Positions 12,083-21,739 of a stretch of 62,485 nt of DNA are shown piece after piece. Each line of letters begins with the position of its first letter. The first letter of the stretch is position 1. Both the position numbers and the translations under genes were made by a program. The stretch spans positions 1 through 62,485 of the forward strand of contig CACYWH010000010.1 of the NCBI GenBank assembly GCA_902778125.1. The letters run 5' to 3'. The notes under the pieces were generated by a model that saw nothing but the letters and a program-made list of their open reading frames with translations, made no database searches and had not been told where the DNA came from. The DNA is from an uncultured Erysipelotrichaceae bacterium (GTDB lineage: Bacteria; Bacillota_I; Bacilli_A; RF39; UBA660).

Positions 12083-13538
12083 AAGTGAATATTCTGTTGG
12101 ATCTATATTACTTGGTTCATTTTTGTGTGTATTAGTTGTTTATATGTGTTTAACATTTAAACCGGCATCACAAAAAATAAACAATTTTTACCAGGTGTAT
12201 TTAGGTGGAAACAAAATAGGACTTATAAGATCAAAAGATGAATTATATGATTTAATAGATGAAGAGCAACAAGAAATAAAAAAATACTATAAAGTTAATA
12301 AAGTATTCCCACCTTCTGGTTTAGAAGTTCAAAGTGTAATGACATATAAAGATAATGTTATGACTGCGAAAGAAGTATATAATGAGATTAAAGACTTGGA
12401 TCCATTTACTATAGAAGGATATGAAGTAACAGTAACAGATAGCAATAACAAGAAAAAGAAGTTTTATATATTAAATAAAGAAGATTTAGATACTGCAGTT
12501 AGAAATACAATAACTTCTTTCTTATCAGAAGAAGATTATGAACAATATTTAACTGGAAATAAAAAATCAACTAAAGATGATTCTATTGAAATAACTGATG
12601 TTTATTTTGATCAAAATGTAAGTATTAAAAAAACTTATGTATCTACAGAAAGTCAAATTATAACAAATGCTGAAGATTTAAGTAGATATTTCTTATTTAG
12701 CGATTTAAATCCTAGTAAAAAATATAAAGTCAAATCTAATGATACTATAGAAACAATAGCTTATAAGAATCAATTAGGAGTTTCTGACTTTTTACTTGCA
12801 AATCCAAGCATTAAAAGTGAGAATACACTACTTGCTGTTGGGCAAGAAGTAACAGTTGCGCCAATTAAACCTGTTGCTAATATAGCAGTTGATTCATATC
12901 AAACTGAAATGCAAACTATAAAATATGAATCTAAAACAGTTTTAGATAAAACATTAAATGCATCTGAAAGATTTGTTAAACAAAAAGGATCAAATGGATT
13001 ATCTAAAGTTGTATATGCTACACATGAAGTTAATGGTCAGATTGTAAAAACTACTTTAGTTAATGAAGATGTAATAACACCAGCAGTTGATGAAATAATA
13101 GTAGTTGGTGCTAAAAATGTTGTATACGTTGGTACTTCTACATATTGGGCATGGCCAACAACGAAACCATATAGAATTTCATCTGGATATGGATGGAGAG
13201 TTCACCCAATTGATGGAACTCAAAAATTCCATCACGGAATTGATATAGTTGGTACACCAAACAATGATATTTATTCAATGCAAGATGGAGAAGTAATATC
13301 ATCTGGATATACTAAAACAATGGGAAATTATATTAGAATTAAATATGTTAATGGATATTCATCTACTTATATGCATTTAAGTCAACGATTAGTTGATGTT
13401 GGTGACAAAGTAGAAAAAGGTGAAAAAGTTGGTATTATGGGATGTACTGGTTCTTGTACAGGAAAGCATCTTCACTTCGCAGTATATGATGAAGATGGAG
13501 AAGAACTAAATCCTGTAAGTGTATATAATGGTAGATAA
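12066..13538 (+). CDS. Membrane-anchored cell-wall peptidase with LysM, G5 and M23 domains (start possibly ATG at 12075)
   Basis: LysM (YKVKSNDTIETIAYKNQLGVSDFLLANP), G5-like (KQKGSNGLSKVVYATHEVNGQIV..IIVVGAK), and M23 zinc motifs (HHGIDIVG .. GKHLHFAVY). Confidence 0.85.
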   Translation: MMEMNKSEYSVGSILLGSFLCVLVVYMCLTFKPASQKINNFYQVYLGGNKIGLIRSKDELYDLIDEEQQEIKKYYKVNKVFPPSGLEVQSVMTYKDNVMTAKEVYNEIKDLDPFTIEGYEVTVTDSNNKKKKFYILNKEDLDTAVRNTITSFLSEEDYEQYLTGNKKSTKDDSIEITDVYFDQNVSIKKTYVSTESQIITNAEDLSRYFLFSDLNPSKKYKVKSNDTIETIAYKNQLGVSDFLLANPSIKSENTLLAVGQEVTVAPIKPVANIAVDSYQTEMQTIKYESKTVLDKTLNASERFVKQKGSNGLSKVVYATHEVNGQIVKTTLVNEDVITPAVDEIIVVGAKNVVYVGTSTYWAWPTTKPYRISSGYGWRVHPIDGTQKFHHGIDIVGTPNNDIYSMQDGEVISSGYTKTMGNYIRIKYVNGYSSTYMHLSQRLVDVGDKVEKGEKVGIMGCTGSCTGKHLHFAVYDEDGEELNPVSVYNGR

Positions 13539-13975
13539 TGATAAAAATAATATGTGTTGGTAAAATAAAAGAAAATTATTTAAATGAATTTATCAATGAT
13601 TATAAAACTAGGATATCCAAATATACTAAAATAGAAATAATTGAGCTTAAAGATAGTAATATTAATAATGAAAGTGATGAAATTTTAAGAAAACTAAATG
13701 ATAAAGATTATAATATATTATTAGATATCAAAGGCAAAAAATTAAACTCAGTTGAGTTTTCTTCATTGATTGATAAAACGTATTCAAGTGGAAAAAGCAC
13801 AATTACATTTATAATTGGTGCATCTGATGGAGTTAATGATGAAGTAAAAAATAAATGTGATTTATTACTATCATTTTCTGATATGACCTTTCCTCATGGA
13901 GTATTTAGAGGAATGCTTTTGGAACAGATATATAGATCATTTAAGATCATTAATAATGAAAGTTATCACAAATAG
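13538..13975 (+). CDS. rlmH: 23S rRNA (pseudouridine1915-N3)-methyltransferase
   Basis: MIKIICVGKIKENYLNEFINDYKTRISKY.. and the C-terminal SFSDMTFPHGVFRGMLLEQIYRSFKI (SPOUT knot region). Confidence 0.9.
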   Translation: MIKIICVGKIKENYLNEFINDYKTRISKYTKIEIIELKDSNINNESDEILRKLNDKDYNILLDIKGKKLNSVEFSSLIDKTYSSGKSTITFIIGASDGVNDEVKNKCDLLLSFSDMTFPHGVFRGMLLEQIYRSFKIINNESYHK

Positions 13976-13985
13976 TGATAACTTT
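13959..13985 (+). repeat. Copy 1 of a perfect 27-bp direct repeat (itself a 10-bp-stem hairpin), overlapping the last codons of rlmH
   Basis: AAAGTTATCACAAATAGTGATAACTTT is identical to 19804..19830. This copy lacks a downstream T-run. Confidence 0.9.
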
Positions 13986-14002
13986 CATTTTATATAAAAA
14001 TA

Positions 14003-14011
14003 TGTTACAAT
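14003..14011 (+). promoter_or_regulatory. Extended -10 promoter element (TGtTACAAT) upstream of the giant repeat gene
   Basis: TGTTACAAT lies about 33 nt upstream of RBS AGGAG (14033-14037) and the ATG at 14044. No strong -35. Confidence 0.35.
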
Positions 14012-14043
14012 GTATATTGGATAATAATAAGTAGGAGTGGCAA

Positions 14044-17000
14044 ATGAAAAAAATAAATATAGTATTGTTCATATTTATAATTACAAACATATTCTTTGTA
14101 AATCTTTCATATGCTGCATTTAATGAAAACTTATATGTAAGTGGAGAAGGAGTATTAAGAAAACAAACAAATGTAAGGGTAAATGGAATAGTTAATAGTG
14201 GATATTATGGAGAAGCTATTGAAAATTTTAATCCAAATTATAATGTTGATGAAACAAATGTATCAGTTAATCTACCAACTAGTGATTCAAGGATGACATA
14301 TACAGTAACCATTAAAAACTATGGTGATAAAGTATATATACCACAAATAGATGTACAAAGTAATGTATCATCAAATGTAATTATTACAATAAGTGATGGA
14401 GAGACATCATATAATTTGCCAAATGAAGATATAGATTATGTGTTAAATCCAGCTGAAGAAAAGACATATACATTAACAATAAGTAATAAAAGTGGAACAA
14501 CAAATAATAATGTAATAGTAAGTTTAAAATATTATTTTGTGATGGATGAAATTACAAATCCATTGGTCGCATTATCAAATGATGAAAGATATATAGAAAT
14601 GGTAATACCAGGTACTTCAACATTCGGAGTAGATCATTATGAATATTATATCAGTGAAAGTATGGAAGATCCAATTTCATCTACAGAAGCACATGGAGTA
14701 ACAAATGGATTATTAGATATTACAAGCGTTACTTATGAACATTTTTATGTATGGTACAGAACAGTATCAACAAAAGGAAATAAATCCGAATGGAGTAATA
14801 GAGCAGAAGTTGCTTATGCATCATTTACATCACAAGGATTTGTGGGACCATATGATGGTAATGAACATACTATATCTGTTAGTGGTGAAGATATAACGGT
14901 TAAATATGGTACAACTGAGGGAACATACAATTTGGATACACCTCCTGTATTTACCGATGCAGGCAAGCATACAGTATATTTTAAAGTTAGTAGGCCAGGG
15001 TATAGATCAGCTATAGGAAGTGAAACTGTACTTATCGCTGCTTTTGGAATTGGAGAAAACTATTATGAAACACTTGCTGAAGCAGCTTTGAATGTACCAA
15101 ATAACAATACAGAAACAACTATAAATGTTTATTCTGATTATTCCGATAGTGAACTTGTAACATTTAGTGAAAATGCAAATGTAAATTTAAACTTAAATAA
15201 CAAAACTATTTTATATGAATCTGAAGATACGAATTTATGTTACATAAGCAATTATGGTAATTTGACAATAAATACTAATGGAGGAATTACTAGTAATATT
15301 ATGACATTATGTAACGAACAAAATGCTGAAGCAACTATTTCAGGTGGAAGCATTAGTAGTTCAGGCGATAATGCTATTCAAAATACTGGCAATATGATAA
15401 TAAGCGGAAGTGCTAATGTCAGTACAGATGAAAACGTTGGTGAAACAAAACCAACAGTATTAAATAAAAATGGTGGTGAATTAATAATCAATGGTGGGAC
15501 ATTTACTAGCACTGGAACAAATCGTACAATTGTTAATCAATCAACAATGACATTAAATAATGGCATAGTCACATCTGCTAATAATGCAGTAGCTACAGGA
15601 GCAAATGCTATATCTAATATAAATGGTGGAACAATAAATGCTGTATCTTATGCATTATATAATATAGCAAACGGAACAACAAATATAAGTGGAGGAACAC
15701 TAACAAGTTCTGCTGCAGCTACAATATATAATTTAGGAGTAACAAACATAAGTGGTACTGCAAAAATCCAATCAACAGTAGAAGGTGCAACATATATAAT
15801 AAATAATGGAAGTACAGGAGAAATGGAAATAAGTGGAGGTCAAATAAATATTACGACTAGCAACGGAATAAGCAATAATAACTTATTAACAATAAGTGGT
15901 ACTGCAAAAATCGAATCAACGGTAGATGGAGGATATTCAGGTTTATATTATGCTGTGGTTACACAGGCAAATGCAACGACGAATATTACAGGAGGTACAA
16001 TAAGCTCATCTAGCATGTCTTATGCATTATTTAATAAAGCAAACGGAACAACAACAATAAGTGGAGGAACACTAACAAGTTCTTCTACACATACAGTATA
16101 TAATTCGGGGGTAACAAACATAAGTGGGACAGCAATAATTGAAAATACAGAGGATGATATAAGTAACGTTTACGCAGTTCTAAATGAAGGAGAAATGGAA
16201 ATAAGTGGAGGAGAAATAATAGCTACTCTCAGTGCTATAGAAAACTATAATTTATTAACAATAAGTAATACTGCCAAAATAATTAGCAATGGTACAGACA
16301 CTTATGGTAATATTTACTATGCTCTGATTAGTGATGGTGGAACCACTAACATAAGTGGTAATGCGGAAATTACTAGTAATGGTATTGCCATATCTACTTA
16401 CGGTGAAACCACTAATATAAGTGGTAATGTGAAAATTATTAGCGAATCCACGGCTATATCTACTTCTGATGGAACCACTAATATAAGTGGTAATGTGGAA
16501 ATTATTAGTAATGGCGTTGCCATAGTTAGTGCAAGTGCTATTTTTACTAATGGTGAAGATATAAATTCTATAACATTCGGAACAACAATAATAAGTGGGG
16601 GAACGATAACTGCAAGTTCCTATGCTGTAAGGACTTATAAAGATTGTACAACAAACATTACTGGTGGAACACTAACAAGTTCTGCTTCCAATACAATATA
16701 TAATTTAGGAGTAACCAATATCAGTGGTACTGCAAAAATAAGTAATACATCGAGTGGCTCTGCAGCAATATTAACCCAAGCAAATGCAACGACAACAATA
16801 ACAGGTGGAACAATAAGCGCAAGTGTTTTTGCTGTAAATACCCAAGAGAATGGAATAACAAATATAAGTGGAGGAACACTTACAAGTTCTGGTAACAATA
16901 CAATATATAATTTAGGGGTAACAAACATAAGTGGTACTGCAAAAATCCAATCAACAGTGAATGGCAGTAAATTAATTATACTTAATGGCTCAACAGGAGA

Positions 17001-19803
17001 AATGGAAATAAGCGGTGGAGAAGTAATAGTGGCGACAAATGCTGGAATAGGTAATAACCATTTATTAACGATAAAAGACACCGCAAAAATAAATAATAGT
17101 AATTCTAGTTATGCGGCAATAGAAACTCAAGCAAACGGAACGACAACAATAACAGGTGGAACAATAAGCGCAAGTGCTTTTGCTGTACATACCAAAGCAA
17201 ATGGAACAACAAATATAAGTGGAGGAACACTTACAAGCTCTGGTAACAATACAATATATAATTTGGGAGTAACTAATATCAGTGGTACTGCAAAAGTTGA
17301 ATCAACAGTAACAGGTGGATCATACATAATAATTAATGGAAGTACAGGAGAAATGGAAATAAGTGGAGGAGAAGTGACTTCAACAACAAGCGCAGGAATA
17401 GGTAATAATCATTTATTAACAATAAATGAAAGTGCAAAAATAAGTAATACATCAAGTGGATATTCAGCAGTGTATACGAATGCAAATGGACAAAGCAAGT
17501 GGAATAACAAATATAAGTGGAGGAACACTAACAAGTTCTGCTGCAGCTACAATATATAACCTTGGAGTGACAAATATAAGCGGAAGTGCAAAAATAAGTA
17601 ATACATCGAGTGGATATTCAGCAGTGAATACACAAGCAAATGGGACAACAACAATAACAGGTGGAACAATAAGTGCAGTATCTTATGCTGTAAATACCCA
17701 AGCGAATGGAACAACAAATATAAGTGGAGGAACACTAACAAGCTCTGGTAGTAATACAATATATAATTTAGGAGTAACCAATATCAGTGGTACTGCAAAA
17801 GTTGAATCAACTGTAACAGGTGGAACATATATAATAAGTAATGGAAACACAGGAGAAATGGAAATAAGTGGAGGAGAAGTAACTGCAACAACTAATGCAG
17901 GAATAGGTAATAATCATTTATTAACAATAAATGAAAGTGCAAAAATAAGTAATACATCAAGTGGATATTCAGCAGTGTATACGAATGCAAATGGATAACA
18001 AATGTAAGTGGAGGAACACTTACAAGCTCTGGTAATAGCACAATATATAACCTTGGAGTGACAAATATAAGTGGTACTGCCAAAATTAAATCTACAGTAG
18101 ATGGTAGTTACAGCATAATAACTAATGGTTCAACAGGGGAAATGGAAATAAGTGGAGGAGAAGTAACTGCAACAACAAACGCCGGAATAAGTAATAATAA
18201 CTTGTTGACAATAAGTGGCAGTGCAAAAGTAAGTAATACATCGAGTGGATATGCTGCATTATATACGCAAGCAAATGGAACGACCACAATAACGGGAGGA
18301 ACAATAAGCGCAAGTTCCTATGCTATAAATGTTGTACAAAACGGAACTGCAAATATAAGCGGAGGAACGCTCTCAAGTTCTAATTCTCATACAATATATA
18401 ATTCAGGAACAACAAATATAAGTGGTACAGCAAAGATAGAATCTACAGTAAATAGTGGAAAATACATTATTAGTAATGGTACAACAGGAGAGATGAATAT
18501 AAGTGGTGGTGAAGTAAATGTTACAACTGGCGCAGGAATAAGCAATAATAACTTATTGACAATAAGTGGCAGTGCAAAAATAAATAGTACTAGTGGATAT
18601 GATGCAGTATATACACAAGCGAATGGAACAACTACAATAACAGGCGGAACAATAACAGCAAATGCCATTGCTATAAATAATAAAGCGAATGGAACAACAA
18701 ATATAAGTGGAGGAACACTTACAAGTTCTGGTAACAATACAATATATAATTTGGGAACAACAAACATAAGTGGTACTGCAAAAATCCAATCAACAGTAGA
18801 AGGTGAAACATATATAATAAATAATGGAAGTACAGGAGAAATGGAAATAAGTGGAGGAGAAGTAACTGCAACAACAAGCGCAGGAATAAGTAATAATAAC
18901 TTGTTGACAATAAGTGGCAGTGCAATAGTAAGTAATACATCAAGTGGATATACTGCATTGTATACACAAGCAAATGCAACGACAACAATAACAGGTGGAA
19001 CAATAAGCGCAATCAGTTACGTTTTGCAAAATTTTTCTGGTGGAACATTGAATATTTCTGGTGGAACTATTGCAGAACATAAAGAAACAACTGATGGGCA
19101 GCCTGCAATATATAATTATGGAACTGCAACAATAAGTGGAACAGCTAGTCTTTCTTCTGAAACTGGATATGGTGTCATAATGAATGCATCTAGTGGAACA
19201 TTAACAATGAATGGTGGCACGATAGCATCAAGTAGATCTAGTGGAATACAGAATAAAAATATATTAACTATTAATGATGGCACAATTAGCGCTGCAGGAG
19301 GAGGTGTTATAACAACTCATAATAGTGCAAAGACAACAATAAATGGAGGAACAATAATTAAATCTGTACAAGGAGAGGCTGGAACTACTACTATAAATAA
19401 CGGAAGTGTTACGAGTATATATATTCGTAACACTGCAGTTGTAGATATTGAGGGAGGTACAATAAATGGCATTATATATGCTATTGGCGGTACTACCAAT
19501 ATAACCGGAGGGTCAATTACTGGACAAATAGATGTATGGGGTAATGGAATAGTTAATATGTCTGGCGGAAGAGTTGTATCAAACCATAGTACAGATCCAG
19601 CATTTAATAACGCCGGAACATCAACAATCAGCGGAACTGCATATATCGAATCTACAACTAACAACGGTCTTTATAATAAATCCACTGGAACGGTAACAAT
19701 CGATGGTGGAACTATCATAGGTGCTGATGATTATTATGATGCATATAACGATGGTGGAACTGCAACATATATAAGTGGTACAGTTACAGATAGGAACTTC
19801 TAA
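14044..19803 (+). pseudogene. Giant secreted repeat protein (beta-helix/adhesin-like), reading frame interrupted twice (tracked as 14044..17559, 17456..17998, 18058..19803)
   Basis: Signal peptide MKKINIVLFIFIITNIFFVNLSYA-AF. Long arrays of ..TNISGGTLTSSxxxTIYNLGVTNISGTAKI.. continue across all three tracked ORFs. Frame shifts occur at 17490/17491 and at about 17995, where one nt is missing in GGA(A)TAACA. About 1919 aa if repaired. Confidence 0.75.
15680..19060 (+). repeat. In-frame tandem coding repeats, long period about 351 nt (about 117 aa) built from about 20-aa sub-repeats
   Basis: AATATAAGTGGAGGAACAC(T/A)(T/A)ACAAG(T/C)TCT.. recurs at 15684, 16861, 17212, 17510, 17715 and 18706, among other positions. 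A perfect 99-nt duplicate lies at 17392..17490 and 17897..17995. Confidence 0.9.
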
Positions 19804-19836
19804 AAAGTTATCACAAATAGTGATAACTTTTTTTCT
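19804..19836 (+). terminator. Copy 2 of the 27-bp repeat acting as a rho-independent terminator
   Basis: The same hairpin, AAAGTTATCA-CAAATAG-TGATAACTTT, here followed by TTTTTC. Confidence 0.75.
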
Positions 19837-19853
19837 TTTAAATAATATTTATT

Positions 19854-21035
19854 ATGTGGATATTATTAATTATATATTTGTTTATTCTTTCGTTTTATTT
19901 AAGTTATAAACTTAAATTTAAAAATTATAAAATTAATATAAAAGAATTGATATTAAATGATAAAACATCATTATTTTTAACACTTGGTACTAAAATGGGA
20001 GTAGGATCTATTATTGGAACAATTTCTTCTATTTTAATTGGTGGTTTTTCATCAGTATTATGGATAATAATATTTTCTTTGATATGGACATCCATTGTAT
20101 ATTATGAAAGTTATTATGGTAATAAATATAGTGAAAAAGGTATAGGCGGGCCATATTTTATTTTTAAAAATGGACTTAATAATAGATATCTTGCTATTAT
20201 ATCATCTATATTATTGATAATTTTATATTCATTTTTATTTCAAATGATTCAATTTAATACTATGAGCTATATTTTTATTAATACTCTAAATATTTCAAAA
20301 ATATTATTAGTAATTTTGAGTTCAATATTATTATTTATAACTATTAATTTATCTATTATAAACATTTTAAATATTATGAATAAAGTAGTACCTTATATGT
20401 GTATTATTTTTATATGTATATCTTTATACGTTGTTATTATAAATTTTAATAATATTAATATAACTGTTTTATTAAAAGATTTATTATCTTTTAAGAGTAT
20501 TATGTGTGGTTTAGTTATTGGAATAAAAAGAAGTATATTCATGAATGAAATATTAGTGGGTACGACAAGCGTCGGTGCTGCTTCTGATAAAAATGATATA
20601 AATATATCCACGAAATATCAAATATTATGTGTATTTTTTATATCAATTGTCATTACTTTACTTATAACATTTTTATTACTTATATATTTAAATAATAATA
20701 TTATATATGGAACTGACTATAATTTAATCCTTGTAGAAATGTTTAATTCATTGTTAGGTAAGTTTGGAATTTACTTTTTATTGATAATATATATATTATT
20801 TGGATTTACTACTGTACTTAGTGGTTATTATATAGGAAGTAGTTTAATTAAATATATTTTTAATAATAAAATAATAATAAATCTATTTAAAATAATATTT
20901 ATAGTATCTTGTATAATTGGAATAATATATAAAAATGAAATTATATGGAAATATACAGATATATTAATATTTATCATGATTATTATTAATTCTTATAGTA
21001 TAATTAAATTAGTGATTAAAGATGATAGGAAATGA
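19854..21035 (+). CDS. Polytopic membrane protein, alanine/glycine:cation symporter (AGCS)-family-like
   Basis: 393 aa, about 10 TM. LTLGTKMGVGSIIGTISSILIGGFSSVLWIIIF resembles the AGCS signature (ATVGTGNIxGVAxAIxxGGPGAxFWMW). Shorter and more divergent than typical members. Confidence 0.45.
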   Translation: MWILLIIYLFILSFYLSYKLKFKNYKINIKELILNDKTSLFLTLGTKMGVGSIIGTISSILIGGFSSVLWIIIFSLIWTSIVYYESYYGNKYSEKGIGGPYFIFKNGLNNRYLAIISSILLIILYSFLFQMIQFNTMSYIFINTLNISKILLVILSSILLFITINLSIINILNIMNKVVPYMCIIFICISLYVVIINFNNINITVLLKDLLSFKSIMCGLVIGIKRSIFMNEILVGTTSVGAASDKNDINISTKYQILCVFFISIVITLLITFLLLIYLNNNIIYGTDYNLILVEMFNSLLGKFGIYFLLIIYILFGFTTVLSGYYIGSSLIKYIFNNKIIINLFKIIFIVSCIIGIIYKNEIIWKYTDILIFIMIIINSYSIIKLVIKDDRK

Positions 21036-21687
21036 TTGGGATGAAATATTAAAACCAGTATGGGAAAGTGCTGGATTTAATAAATTTTTAAATAAAGTGA
21101 AAGATGAATATAAAAATTATACTTGTTATCCAAAGTATGAGAATATTTTTAATGCTTTAAAATTAACACCATATTCTAATGTTAAAGTAGTTATAATTGG
21201 ACAAGATCCATATCATGGTGAAGGTGAGGCACATGGGCTTTCTTTTAGCGTTCAAAGAGGAGTTAAATTACCACCGAGTTTACAAAATATATTTAAGGAA
21301 CTAAATGATGACTTGGGTATTAAAAATGAAACATATGGAGATTTAACACCATGGGCAAAAGAAGGAGTGCTATTGTTAAATAGTATACTTACTGTTAGAA
21401 AAGATTCTCCTCTTTCACATAAAGATTTAGGATGGCAATTATTAACAGATCATATTATTAAAATATTAAACCTAAAAAAAGAGCCAATAGTATTTATACT
21501 ATGGGGAAGCTATGCTAGAAGTAAAAAAGTTTTTATAACTAATAAACAACATTTAGTTATTGAAAGTACACATCCTAGTCCTTATTCGGCTAGAAATGGT
21601 TTTTTTGGAAGTAAACCATTTTCTAAAACAAATGATTTTTTAAAGAAAAATAATGAAAAAGAAATAAATTTTAAACTTACTTACTAA
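21022..21687 (+). CDS. ung: Uracil-DNA glycosylase (family 1)
   Basis: Motifs GQDPYHGEGEAHGLSFSV and HPSPYSA. 221 aa. Confidence 0.95.
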   Translation: MIGNDWDEILKPVWESAGFNKFLNKVKDEYKNYTCYPKYENIFNALKLTPYSNVKVVIIGQDPYHGEGEAHGLSFSVQRGVKLPPSLQNIFKELNDDLGIKNETYGDLTPWAKEGVLLLNSILTVRKDSPLSHKDLGWQLLTDHIIKILNLKKEPIVFILWGSYARSKKVFITNKQHLVIESTHPSPYSARNGFFGSKPFSKTNDFLKKNNEKEINFKLTY

Positions 21688-21739
21688 AGTAAGTTTATTT
21701 ACTTTTTATAAATATAAATATATAATTTATATAGGATAG

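Noticed and set aside
15680-19060. Highly periodic DNA repeats that could superficially suggest a CRISPR array or a non-coding satellite
   Set aside because: The repeats have a ~351-nt period and are in frame. They encode the continuing TNISGG../NISGTAKI.. protein motif, with no short constant repeats alternating with unique spacers. They are coding repeats of the giant surface protein.
16635-19664. Nine antisense ORFs in the track inside the giant repeat gene (16635..17081, 17127..17327, 17547..17759, 17892..18083, 18122..18313, 18387..18767, 18553..18789, 18719..19012, 19317..19664)
   Set aside because: They are mirror-frame artefacts of low-complexity repeats, with translations such as PLIFV.., LLLHL.., and no RBS. 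Each is fully contained in a much better-supported sense frame.
21022-21035. The 14-nt overlap between the AGCS-like carrier gene and ung as a sign of a functional module
   Set aside because: Short overlaps are common in compact AT-rich genomes. There is no mechanistic link between the two families, so this is treated as incidental operon packing.
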